A program made the position numbers and the translations under genes. From the NCBI GenBank assembly GCA_964234715.1, contig OZ174290.1: a stretch of 64,000 nucleotides of DNA; one strand, 5' to 3'. This DNA comes from Podarcis melisellensis (Eukaryota). Of this stretch, positions 53,452 through 64,000 are shown piece by piece (positions within the stretch are counted from its first letter, which is position 1; each line of letters opens with the position of its first letter). The notes under the pieces are model-generated. The model was not told the DNA's origin. It was given only the letters and a program-made list of their open reading frames with translations, and made no database searches.

Positions 53452-54085
53452 ATGCCTTGAAGATGAAGTGTGAGAAGAGCTAATCAATGGAGTGCATTTA
53501 AGGAAACAGAAGACAGAACAGGTGAGAGAAGGAAAGCCACTCCCTGTTGGACTAGGCTGCGCTAGGCTAGGCTACATGCTCAAAAAGGCAATCCCATAAT
53601 AGAATCGGGGAGTTGGAAGGGACCCCAACGGTCAACTAGTCCAACCTCCTGCAATGCAGGCATATGCAGGTGGCCCATATGGGGATTCCACCCACAACCT
53701 TGGTGTTATCAGTACCACACACTAGCCAACTGAGCTAACTGTCCACCCTGGCAGTGCTTCTCAGAACAAGTGTAAGACGTCTTCTTAGACCACGCGACCT
53801 GAGTGCTGGGCGCTTTTGCTTCTGAATTGCAGGTGCTGAGGAGCAGGGGGCCCAGGGCCCCTCACCAGTATTTCTGATGAAATGGATGAGCCTCCCCAGA
53901 GTTCTACATTGGCAAGCCACGGGCGGCCACACGTCAGCATGCCTTGCACCGTGCGCAAGTGATGTCAGCACACCTTGGAGCATGCTGGTGTCATGCGTGC
54001 CTGCTGTGGGGTGTGCTGAAGTTGCGTGGCTCTAGGCCCCCTCAATTGGGGGGGGCAAGGAGGCGCGCATGCTCTTAATAGTATA

Positions 54086-54580
54086 AAATGTTGGTGGCAT
54101 CCATCTGCCTCGGGAGACCATGGAGGAGTGCGCCATTCAGGATGAAGTCTAACTATTGGAAGGAGACAGGTTTTGCCTCACCTGGGGCAAAGGAGCGTGG
54201 CCGCTTGTGCTGCTGCAGAGGCACCATGGCATGTCTTCTCTCTGCGCTCATTCCTCTCCTGATCACTGCAGTGGAGACACGTCCTGATGGTCTGTCTCCA
54301 GGAATGCAGTTGTCTGCAGGGGATTCCACAAGGCGCATTGATGTTGAGCTGGACAAACCTAGTGGCAAGGCAGCTCCGGCAATGGCTGGCCTCTCCAGAA
54401 GGATGTGGGAGAATGGGATGCTAGGTCTAATCCCAAAAAGGAGGTCTCCCAGGCATGCTGCTTTGTGGAAGTGAGTCATGGGCAACTTACAACCATCAGG
54501 AGTGACACCTCTGTGCCTTCCACATGTGCTGCCTCAGAAAGATTTTGGGTATCACATGGCAGGACAGCAAGCATGAAACT
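54086..54580 (+). mobile_element. Degraded RTE-clade LINE fragment
   Basis: HMCCLRKILGITWQD-like RT remnant at about 54520-54570. Confidence 0.55.
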
Positions 54581-55504
54581 GCCATTTTAAAATGTTTTGT
54601 TGAAATATTTATCTTGGACCATTCACTTCAAAGGGGGGGGGATGGTGTTGGCATGTCAGGCCTGCAGAGGAAGATGTGGGAGAGCAGCGCGACATGCCCT
54701 TGGGGAGGGCACAGTACTTTTCTTTGGGGGGGGGTTGCCTCAAGTGGCAAAATGGCCCAGCACTGAAAAGAGGGGTGTTCGTATTATTCTTTTTGACACT
54801 GTTGATAGTTTTTAAAAAGTATCAAACTCCACACTTGTATACAGATTTTTAGCAATGAAGCAGCTTGGTCTGGGACTACTGAGAATACCATTGTATTATG
54901 GAACACCCTTGTTAAATACAGAGGGTTCTCACTGGCAAGGGAGGTGCACTCTGTACATGTCCATTCCCTTTATTTATGAGGCCCATAGTTCCTAATTACT
55001 TTTCTTGCACTATACCTCGTAAACTCCTTTTCTACCCATAGGCCTTTATTTACCATCCCCTGCACAGTCCCATTGACCCCGGGGCCAGAGGGACAACACT
55101 GACCACTTTGGGAGACCCTCTTTAGAGTGGAGCCTAGAATGGGGTGACCAGTGTGTGCCTCAGTAGCTTCCTCTGGTATGAGCAGAGCCTCTGAGCCCAC
55201 CCCTTGCTTACTGCCCCCTTTCTCATGAGGAGGTGAGGTTAGTCACCTTATTTCCCCACCAAGAAGGAGAGAGAGCTGAAGGAGTAAGAAGAGCAGCTTT
55301 CCTTCTGCTGCTTTCAGTTTTATGCCCTTTTTAAGGCTCTGTGCAGCATCTGAGCAGCTGTGAAGGGGAAGTAGGGGCTGAGAGGGTGGGAGAGGAAGGG
55401 AGATGGTCGTGGGGAGCCAGCAAAAGAGTCGTCTGTGCCCATGCATGTTCGTGTGCATGCACACACGCTCCTACACCCCTACATCTGATCCAGTGAAATA
55501 AATA

Positions 55505-55730
55505 CAGTGGTACCTCAGGTTAAGTACTTAATTCTTTCCGGAAGTCCGTACTTAACCTGAAACTGTTCTTAACCTGAAGCACCACTTTAGCTAATGGGGC
55601 CTCCCGCTGCCGCCACGCCGCTGGAGCACAATTTCTGTTCTCATCCTGAAGCAAAGTTCTTAACCCGAGGTACTATTTCTGGGTTAGCGGAGTCTGTAAC
55701 CTGAAGTGTCTGTAACCTGAGGTACCACTG
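55505..55730. mobile_element. Tc1/mariner MITE
   Basis: TA-CAGTGGTACCTCAGGTT ... CCTGAGGTACCACTG-TA. Confidence 0.85.
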
Positions 55731-56948
55731 TACTCCTTAACCTGCCTACTCTCCTTAAAAAACAAACTCAGACCACAGATTATATCTATCTCCTTCAAAT
55801 TAGTGGTAAACAATGAGAGATCCTGTGCTTTCTTGCATGGCTGTGCTGTAAAAGCAGAGATCCGAGACATGGATCCTTATTGATCCTCTTAACCTTTACA
55901 ACGGATTCCCTCACAACCACCATCAGGTGTGTTCTGTGATTTATTGGAGGTTTTATTGTCATTGCCTGGGCAAAAATCTTAAAGGTTAAAGTGGATCCTT
56001 TATTTGGATCCATGTTTTTCTGCTGCTGGCAAGTGCTGCCTCTGGGACGCCCCCTCCTTGCAGTCTACCAAGGTATGTTTTAATTTTATTGGGTGTGGGG
56101 TGTAAAAATCATACAAATTCAAGCAGATTCTATTTAATTCTATGGAATCTGACTTTTACCCAGATTCCATGGTTAAGAAATGAATATTGGGGGCAGGGGC
56201 GGGTATGTGTGTTTTTCTGCACACCTGCCTGCTTTCAGTGACCTTCTCCCCCTCCCTGGGAGAAGGAAGTCACCCGGGTGAACTCACCTAAAATTAGAAA
56301 CCTACCCAGGGTCCAAAAAACAATGGCACCCCCTGCACATTGCAAGGGAATGCTGACATTTTCTCATGGAAGCGCAGGGAGTTCTTCCACAGAAACTCCT
56401 GGACTTTTCAAGGAGACAGTTTGAGAAATCCATGGTTTATCACCAAACGGCAGAGAGTTTCCCCCCTTCTGTTGAGACATTCTCCTCCTTGCATCCCTGG
56501 GAAGCCTGTCTGAGGCCTCTCACAAAGGCAAAGCTTAACCCTGGAACTATTCCTGGCAAGAAGGCTTGACTAAAGTCCTTTCCTTTCCCCTTTTCTGCCT
56601 GTAGTTGGATCAGCCTTACCTAATTGACGCTGGCGTGGTTGGCAGTTTGTGTTTCAGACACAAAGGCTAAAGTCCATGTGAGTCATATTGCAAGTTCTAG
56701 GAAGCAAGCAGAAAACAAAAGGTTGCCGTGCCAGTGGAAGGAGGCAGGGATCTGCTTACAAGGTGGATGAAATGAGGACACCACCGTCCGCTGAGACTGC
56801 TGTGCTGCAGGCTTCCTATCAGTTTCAATGGGCCTTGCATCGGAAAGGTCCCCAGTGGATTGTCCTATGTTAAACAGCAATTTCTGTTTTTCAACCTGAC
56901 CAAAAAACCAAAAAGAAAACCTTTAGCCCAAAGGATATGGCAAGTTTT

Positions 56949-57947
56949 GGGTTAGAGTAACACCTAACTTTTCTTAACCTCTACGCTTGAAGACCGTATT
57001 TTATCCAGATGGTACAGAGCAATTCAAGACAAAATCCATTGCCCTCGAGAGCCTCAAAGTATGTGACGAAAATCACACATTCCAATTAATCAAGCAGCAG
57101 CACTATGACCACGAAAGACAGCACTTGTTACCTCATACTCCGAGATCTCGTTCTCCAGAGGCCTTAGGTTTCACAACACCCTACGGAACCTGTGCCAATT
57201 ATCTAAAGGATCTACTACTCCCTTCCCATCAAAGAGCCTTTATGCTTGCGAGGCTAAATGCTTTCCCCTCTCCAGTGACCAAAGGCAGATTCTCACACAT
57301 TCCATTTCAAGCCCGTTTGTGTGCCTGCAATCAAGAAGTACCCAATTCAATGGACCACATTCTCTTAATTGCCCTTTACACAGCAGACCTCGCCAACTGA
57401 TGCTGAGCAAAATCTTCGACATCTGGCCCACAGCTCCAAGAAGAAGCCAATTAAGGTTTCTCCTGGTAGATCGGTACCTCTAGATGCGAACTGGATCCAT
57501 TCCGGAGCCCCGTTCGCATCTAGAAGCAAATGTAACCAGTGACTGCACATCTGTGCACGCGCACGTCGCTTTTTGTCGCTTCTGCGCATGTGTGTGATGT
57601 CATTTTGACCATCTGCGCATGCGCAGGCCACGAAACCCAGAAGTAACACGCTCTGTTACTTCCAGGTTGCCTCGGAGCGCAACTTGAAAGCGCTCATCCC
57701 GAAGCACATTCAACCCGAGGTATGACTGTACTGCTTTAGTAGCTTCCTTTTTAGCCACAATTTTACTCAGCAGGGTTCCCAACGAACTATCCTTTCGGGA
57801 AATAGACTGGGCGTAGCAGAATATCCAAATGCACACGGCCGTAGCGTGACCTTATAACCCTTGATCGCTTCACCCTTGTCTTTTTAGTTATTTCAGTTAC
57901 TTGAAATGTTTTATGCTGTGAGGCCAATAAAGGTATTTGATTGATTG
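56949..57947 (+). mobile_element. Non-LTR retrotransposon 3' fragment (RTE-X-like) with a nested Tc1/mariner MITE
   Basis: C-terminal RAFMLARLN..GRFSHIPFQARLCAC..HILL; AATAAA plus (TTGA)n tail; 76-bp flanking direct repeats; MITE at about 57470-57728. Confidence 0.65.
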
Positions 57948-58227
57948 AACAGCAATTTCTATTTTTCAACCTGACCAACAAACCAAAAAGAAAACCTTTG
58001 GCCCAAAGGATATGGCAAGTTTTCAGTGCTTCCTTGCGTCATCTCTTTAGGTGTGCAAACTCAAAGGGAACTAATGTGGTTTATTTAACCCCTTAATCCA
58101 ACTCACATCTGCACCCTACATTTAAAGCACCCTGATACCACTTTAACAGTCATGGCATCTCCCCAAAGGATCCTGGGAAATGTAGTTTGTTAAGGGTGCT
58201 GGAAATTGCAGCTCTGTGAGAGGAGGG

Positions 58228-58555
58228 TGTTGGTTTCTGCTTTCTTCTCTGTGCAGCGAAGTGCTTGTCACAAGACAATGTTTACATTCCACAGGATGTA
58301 CTGTTGGAGGTTTTCCCACGGGAACGGGAGACTGGATGTGACGTACACTGGTTTCCTGTTTTTCACTGTTCTTTGCAGTTTCAGTTGTGATTCTCTCCGT
58401 GCTTTAGAGGAGAGATGACGCTTTCTCTGCTCCGGCAGAGGGAAAATGTTTTTCTGTAACTTACCAGCTTTGAACTGTAAATAAAGTAGTATAGAGCATG
58501 TTGGCTCATACTTTTCATCATTCCGCTGTGCACTGGACACTGCTTATCTCCAACA
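58228..58555 (+). repeat. 5' LTR (328 bp)
   Basis: TGTTGG...CCAACA inverted termini; contains AATAAA; 1 mismatch to the 3' LTR. Confidence 0.97.
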
Positions 58556-58558
58556 TAT

Positions 58559-58572
58559 GGTTTCGGGCCCAG
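58559..58572 (+). promoter_or_regulatory. Primer-binding site, half-tRNA(iMet) type
   Basis: GGTTTCGGGCCCAG, 12/14 match to GGTTATGGGCCCAG (complement of the tRNA-iMet anticodon arm, as used by Drosophila copia). Confidence 0.75.
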
Positions 58573-59024
58573 AAAAACGCAAAGCATCGGAACAGCGGCA
58601 GAGAGACGGAACGCACGGTATCTGCTCTGCGCGTCAAGATGATTGATGAAGGTATGTGATACTGCTCCGGGCAGCCTGCAAGCTTCTAATTAATGGCTTT
58701 AAGGCTGGACTTTGAACTTTTAAAGCCGTTTTCCACGGCACAAGCGTAGTGGCTTGGATGGCTGGGAAAGTGAAAGTAACTTTTACAAATGCTGCAGTTT
58801 CAAAGCAGCTGCAGACATGACGCAGCAAGAATTAAAGGGCAGTAGAGAAAGCACTTGAGAACTTTCGCTATTGAACTTGCCTTTTGGAATGCAGTTTGAA
58901 GCAGCTGCAGATAAGAAGAGCGGCACATGCTCATAGGCAGAGGCTGTTTTGATTTTGCTTTTGGATTGAAGCAGCTGTACACAAACGCAGCTTGTATAAA
59001 GCAGCTTGATTTAAAGCAGCATAG

Positions 59025-62000
59025 ATGACGCAAGAGGCAAATGCCAGAGTCATGATGGCTAGCTGCAGAAGGCTGGACAAGGAAAGTGGGGAATTTGATA
59101 CCACTGATCAGCCAAATGCTCAACTCACAGTAGCTTGTGATACTGCCATGATTCAGAATGAAGCGGATCGCCGCGGTGCTAGCTGCATCAACAAGGGGGA
59201 GACTTCACAGTCGTCATCCCATAGTGCAGTGGAACCACCAGATGGCGCCAAAGCTTTGAAGGCAGTGAAATGCTACTCGTGTGGACGTCTAGGCCATATG
59301 AAGAGGGAATGCAAATATCCCAGGGCCAAGACAGAGCAGCGCAGTGGAAGCTCATTGCGTGGAAAAGGCCAGAGCAAAGGCAAAGGTCCGGTGTCCAGGA
59401 CAACGCAGCACAAGGCAATGGTCTCACGCTACGCTCCAAAGGTTGCAGAGGTTGCAGAGGTCCAGAAGACGTCTAGATCTTTCTTCGTTGTTGATTCAGC
59501 GGCGACGCATCACATGTGCAACGATAAGAGACTGTTCGTGTCTTTTACACCGCAGGAAGGTGCAATTCACCAGGCGGATGACCACACTATCCCCAGTAAA
59601 GGCTACGGAACTGTTGTTCTTCACAGTTTGGACTTATCGATACAGGATGTTCTTTACGTGCCGGATGCGAAACATAATCTGCTCAGCGTTGGACAGCTGA
59701 TTGAGAAGAAGATTGACGTTTCCTTTAAAAACAATAGATGCATCATCACCAAGAAAAATGATTATCAATTGTATGCTGAATTTGTTGATCGTTTGTTTCT
59801 TTTGTATTATGATGATGTTGTGCAAGATGACACTTGTTGCATTGCAGGTTCTAACAAAAGTTTGCATGCAGAATGTATTCACGATTTTCATCGAAAATTT
59901 GGTCATTTGCATTTTGAGGCAGTATCTAAAATGCCTGCCTTGGTTGAAGGTATGACTATTAAACCCTGCAGGTACCACATGAAGTGCAAGGCATGCGCAG
60001 CAAACAAGGTGAAAATGGCTGCGAAAGGTAAGGTGTCTAGTAGGCAAGCTACAGAACCATACCAAATTATTCATGCTGATTTGGTTGGACCACTAGCGCC
60101 CTCTTTGGGTGGAAATAGGTACTTCATGGTTCTCATTGATGCATTTTCCAGATATATTTATGTGTACAATCTCAAGCAGAAATCAGAGGCTTTTCCTAGG
60201 TTCAAGGAATTCTGTGCTTGGTTAGGAAATGTGCATGGTAAGAAGATAAAGATTCTTTTCACTGACCGGGGGGGAGAATTCACTTCTCAGCAGTTTGAAG
60301 CTTTTCTGGCTGAGAAAGGAATTCAACACGATTTGTCTAGTCCTCGCTCGCCATGGCAGAATGGACTTGCGGAACGAGCAAATCAGACATTGCTTCAAGG
60401 GTTAAAGACCTTGCTGCATGATGCAAATCTTCCAGAGAGTTATTGGGCCGAAGCTCTCTCATGTTTCACTTACAGTTATAATCGCAGGTTATCTTCAGCG
60501 ATTGGTTGTACCCCCTATGAGAAGATGTTTGGCAAGAAGCCATACATCAAACACATGAAAATTTTTGGTTCTGACATGTGGGTTCACTCACCACAACACT
60601 CCAAGTTAGACAAGCGTGGTTTGCATGGTATCTTTCTAGGTTATCAGAAAGGGTCTTACAGAATAATGATGACTGACTCTAAGGAAATTAAGCTCACAAG
60701 AAGTGTTGAGTACAATGCCAAGTGGGGGGAGAATGTGGGAATTTTTCAATGTTATCCTGATGACAGTGATGAGACTGAGGATAGTCAAAAGCAACCGCAA
60801 CAACCCACACCCACTGATGAAGGTTCTGATTCTGAGTCTGAAACTGAATCGGGTGATTCAGAGGATTTCAAGAGTGCGAAAGCCTCTATGCGACCCTCTG
60901 AAAGCTCTGATCAAGAATTGGAGGAACCATTGTTCACAATAGGTCGTTTTTCTCCTAAGAAGGAAGAGGAGAGTGTTGAAGACTTAAGGCTAATTCGCAG
61001 GTCACAGAGAGCCACAAAAGGTAGACCTCCAAAGAGATTTGCTGATGAGTTTGCTAACATAGCAGTAACAGCTGTTAAAAGCTCCAAGAAGGTTTTTGAA
61101 CCTTCAAGTTTCCAAGAAATCCAGGATTTGGATTCAAAGGAAGCTGAGCCATGGTTAAATGCCATGAAGGCTGAGCTTGATTCCTTGGAAAGGAACAAAA
61201 CATGGGACCTAGTTCCAGTAGTTCCAGGAATGAAATTGCTTGGAAGCAAATGGGTCTTCAAAGCGAAGACTGATCAAAATGGCAAGATAGTCAGACACAA
61301 AGCCAGGTTGGTAGCCAGAGGTTTTGCACAGGTACCAGGTGAAGACTATCACGAGACCTACTCACCCACAGTGAGGTATGAGAGCATTAGGCTTATGCTC
61401 AAGCTAGCTGCAGAGGAAAATCTACACATTAGTCACCATGATGTGAATACAGCTTTTCTGTACGGATCTCTAGGTGAATCACTTTATATGCTTCCACCTG
61501 ATGGCATACAGGTAAAACAGGGATTTGTTTGTGCTCTGAAAAAGTCAATTTATGGTCTCAAACAAAGTGCACGGTGTTGGCACACAAAACTCACTGAAGT
61601 ATTGTATTCTCTAGGTTTTCAGCAAGGGAAATCTGATCCATGTGTATTTGTCAAAGAGGAGGGGCAAAAGAAACTGTATTGTTTGTTTTATGTTGATGAT
61701 CTTTTATTCGTTTGGAAGGATGTCACAATGTACAATAACGCCCTAGCTCAACTGAAAGAGCACTTTGACATGAAAGATCTTGGTGAGGTAAACAACTACC
61801 TATCTCTGGAAATAGAGAGAGATCAAGATGGTAACATTCTAGTACACCAGTCACGGAAAATTGCTGATGTGTTAAGCAAACTAAACCTGATGGATGCTAA
61901 CCCTGTGGATACACCGATGATAACAGGTTATCAGGTAGATGACACTGAAGAAGCATTTTCTGACACTACACTGTACAGAAGTGTGCTAGGCAAGCTAAAC

Positions 62001-62630
62001 TTCATAGCCAGATGTTCAAGACCAGACATTGCTGTTAGCTGTAATGTGCTAAGCAGACAAGTCAACAATCCTACTGTTAAGGATTGGAAAGCTCTGAAAC
62101 GCATAGCGCGGTATTTGAAAGGCACTATGCATTACAGACTGAGATTTAACAATCAGAAGTCTGGTGGTCTTGAGATATTTGCAGATGCAAGTTTTGGAAG
62201 TGACACTACAGACAGGAAAAGTACGTCTGGAGTTTGCTATAAGTACAATCAGGGTCTATTTGATTGGTCATGCAAGAAGCAAACAACAGTTAGCTTAAGT
62301 ACTTGTGAAGCTGAACTGAATGCACTGTCTCATTCACTTAAAGATTGTGAATGGTTGTTACAATTGTGCAAAGACATGAAAATTCCTGTCAAATGTCCAA
62401 TCCAGGTTTACCAGGACAACAAAGCATGTTTGGCTTTGCTGAATTCTGAAGGTTGTAAGCAAAGCACGAAGCACTTGCAATTGAAGTTGCAACATGCTAG
62501 GGAACGTATTCAGAAGGGACTCGTAACGGTGTCCTATATGCCAGGTAATGAAATTCCTGCTGATGTATTGTCCAAGATTGTATCAAGGGATCAACACTGT
62601 ACCTATGTGCAGAAGTTGGGTTTGTACTGA
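59025..62630 (+). CDS. Copia polyprotein: zinc knuckle, protease, integrase, RT, RNase H (1201 aa, no capsid domain evident)
   Basis: CYSCGRLGHMKREC; VVDSAAT; HRKFGH..CKAC; HADLVGP/TDRGGEF/NGLAER (DDE); DVNTAFL/YVDD; FADAS/EAE/QDN/PADVLSK. Confidence 0.95.
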   Translation: MTQEANARVMMASCRRLDKESGEFDTTDQPNAQLTVACDTAMIQNEADRRGASCINKGETSQSSSHSAVEPPDGAKALKAVKCYSCGRLGHMKRECKYPRAKTEQRSGSSLRGKGQSKGKGPVSRTTQHKAMVSRYAPKVAEVAEVQKTSRSFFVVDSAATHHMCNDKRLFVSFTPQEGAIHQADDHTIPSKGYGTVVLHSLDLSIQDVLYVPDAKHNLLSVGQLIEKKIDVSFKNNRCIITKKNDYQLYAEFVDRLFLLYYDDVVQDDTCCIAGSNKSLHAECIHDFHRKFGHLHFEAVSKMPALVEGMTIKPCRYHMKCKACAANKVKMAAKGKVSSRQATEPYQIIHADLVGPLAPSLGGNRYFMVLIDAFSRYIYVYNLKQKSEAFPRFKEFCAWLGNVHGKKIKILFTDRGGEFTSQQFEAFLAEKGIQHDLSSPRSPWQNGLAERANQTLLQGLKTLLHDANLPESYWAEALSCFTYSYNRRLSSAIGCTPYEKMFGKKPYIKHMKIFGSDMWVHSPQHSKLDKRGLHGIFLGYQKGSYRIMMTDSKEIKLTRSVEYNAKWGENVGIFQCYPDDSDETEDSQKQPQQPTPTDEGSDSESETESGDSEDFKSAKASMRPSESSDQELEEPLFTIGRFSPKKEEESVEDLRLIRRSQRATKGRPPKRFADEFANIAVTAVKSSKKVFEPSSFQEIQDLDSKEAEPWLNAMKAELDSLERNKTWDLVPVVPGMKLLGSKWVFKAKTDQNGKIVRHKARLVARGFAQVPGEDYHETYSPTVRYESIRLMLKLAAEENLHISHHDVNTAFLYGSLGESLYMLPPDGIQVKQGFVCALKKSIYGLKQSARCWHTKLTEVLYSLGFQQGKSDPCVFVKEEGQKKLYCLFYVDDLLFVWKDVTMYNNALAQLKEHFDMKDLGEVNNYLSLEIERDQDGNILVHQSRKIADVLSKLNLMDANPVDTPMITGYQVDDTEEAFSDTTLYRSVLGKLNFIARCSRPDIAVSCNVLSRQVNNPTVKDWKALKRIARYLKGTMHYRLRFNNQKSGGLEIFADASFGSDTTDRKSTSGVCYKYNQGLFDWSCKKQTTVSLSTCEAELNALSHSLKDCEWLLQLCKDMKIPVKCPIQVYQDNKACLALLNSEGCKQSTKHLQLKLQHARERIQKGLVTVSYMPGNEIPADVLSKIVSRDQHCTYVQKLGLY

Positions 62631-62675
62631 TATTGTACGAACACGCTGCCCAGAGGTTCACAGAAAGGGGGAGGA

Positions 62676-63003
62676 TGTTGGTTTCTGCTTTCTTCTCTGT
62701 GCAGCGAAGTGCTTGTCACAAGACAATGTTTACATTCCACAGGATGTACTGTTGGAGGTTTTCCCACGGGAACGGGAGACTGGATGTGACGAACACTGGT
62801 TTCCTGTTTTTCACTGTTCTTTGCAGTTTCAGTTGTGATTCTCTCCGTGCTTTAGAGGAGAGATGACGCTTTCTCTGCTCCGGCAGAGGGAAAATGTTTT
62901 TCTGTAACTTACCAGCTTTGAACTGTAAATAAAGTAGTATAGAGCATGTTGGCTCATACTTTTCATCATTCCGCTGTGCACTGGACACTGCTTATCTCCA
63001 ACA
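62676..63003 (+). repeat. 3' LTR (328 bp)
   Basis: Direct repeat of 58228-58555, preceded by the polypurine tract AGAAAGGGGGAGGA. Confidence 0.97.
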
Positions 63004-64000
63004 GAGGGGTCTCTAACTACTCTCAGCATTCTGTCCAAAGGGGGACAAGCCTTGCTTAAGGAGGTGGTGGCAGTTGGGGAGCCTGGGGCCACAGAGGCCG
63101 TGCCAGCAGGAGGGCGTTGGGCCAGCAGCATTTTATCCTTTGGACCGTCGGCCAGAATTGGGAGGAAGTAATGCTCCAGAAGCTTTCTTCTCGTGATGAG
63201 CATGCGCACAAAGGTGGTGGCTGCATTTGTAACAAAGAGCAGCAAAGTTGCCCCTGGCGGTGGTGACTCTCACAGTTCACCATCTCCTTAGGCTCCCTTC
63301 CATGCAGGCAACGGTTCAGCAAGCAGACTGGCAGCATGAGAGTGTGGTGCAAGACACCAGATTTCACAGCATGCTTAGACAGGTCCCAGATGGGCAAAAG
63401 GGGCATTCCCCTCAGGTGTGCTCAGGAGCCCTTTTAAAAAGAAATATGGCGGGGGGGGGGGACTCCGCAGGTGCCCAAAGGCACTAGAATGTTCATGGGC
63501 AAAAGAAGACAAGAGAACAGGGACGAGGCTGCGTGCAGGCTGCCTTCTCTTTCCTCTGGCCTGGTTACAGAGATCAGCTTTGTTCTTCAACCTGTTCTGT
63601 CTAGTTCCCAAACCTGCTGTGGGCTTTTCAGCTAAAAGGTTAAGCAAACACTCCTGGCAGCTTCTTTTGTTGGCCTAGATCACTGCCAGGCAGCCTTCTC
63701 ATCTTACCCTTGCCGTTTTGCTTCCTTTCTCTTCCAAGAACTGTTTGTTTCCTTCCCTTCCACCTTCCACCTTGCCCCCCCCCAACCTCTAAAGGTCGAC
63801 CCTCCAGTACAAACACCTTCATGGCTAAAAGGGAGCCAGTCCCTATTTGCTCTTCCATTTCACTTTCCCCTGTATCTTTTGCACAGGAAATGCAAGCCTG
63901 CCCAGGGCCTTGGCACCCCCCCCCCCAAATGGTCTCTGCTCTTGCTCAAAATTGCCATGAGCGGGGCCTGGCAGAATGGAGGGAAGCCTGACTGTCATTG

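Larger units (their letters stand above)
58228..63003 (+). mobile_element. Full-length Ty1/copia LTR retrotransposon
   Basis: TG..CA LTRs at 58228-58555 and 62676-63003; TSD GAGGG (58223-27 and 63004-08); PBS 58559-72; PPT 62661-75; domain order PR-IN-RT-RH. Confidence 0.97.

Noticed and set aside
59634-60074. 146-aa antisense ORF in copia
   Set aside because: Shadow ORF of pol with no recognisable motif.
63101-63119. Second CTCF-like motif CCAGCAGGAGGGCG
   Set aside because: Spacing deviates from the core consensus; weak support.

Overview
Vertebrate genomic DNA. The repeat landscape (Sauria SINEs, CR1, L2, Penelope, many MITEs) points to a squamate, probably a lacertid lizard (inference). 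The + strand carries PPP3CC (calcineurin A gamma) from coding exon 2 (8050) to the stop codon (46243). All exons have GT-AG sites and compatible phases. They include a 27-nt microexon (34279-34305) and the 30-nt exon 13; exon 1 lies upstream of the window. A probable long 3' UTR extends to about 52 kb. At 58228-63003 is a very young full-length Ty1/copia LTR retrotransposon: 328-bp LTRs differing at 1 nt, a 5-bp TSD, a half-tRNA(iMet)-type PBS and an intact 1201-aa ORF. Its Gag capsid region appears decayed while Pol is intact. Other notable items: a 74-bp Penelope-derived insertion that is essentially a minimal hammerhead ribozyme (3949-4022); a complete 1.2-kb non-autonomous L1-like element with a 20-bp TSD; a LINE fragment flanked by a 76-bp direct repeat; a solo LTR with an Arg-rich ORF-like segment; nested transposons; and one 336-N assembly gap.
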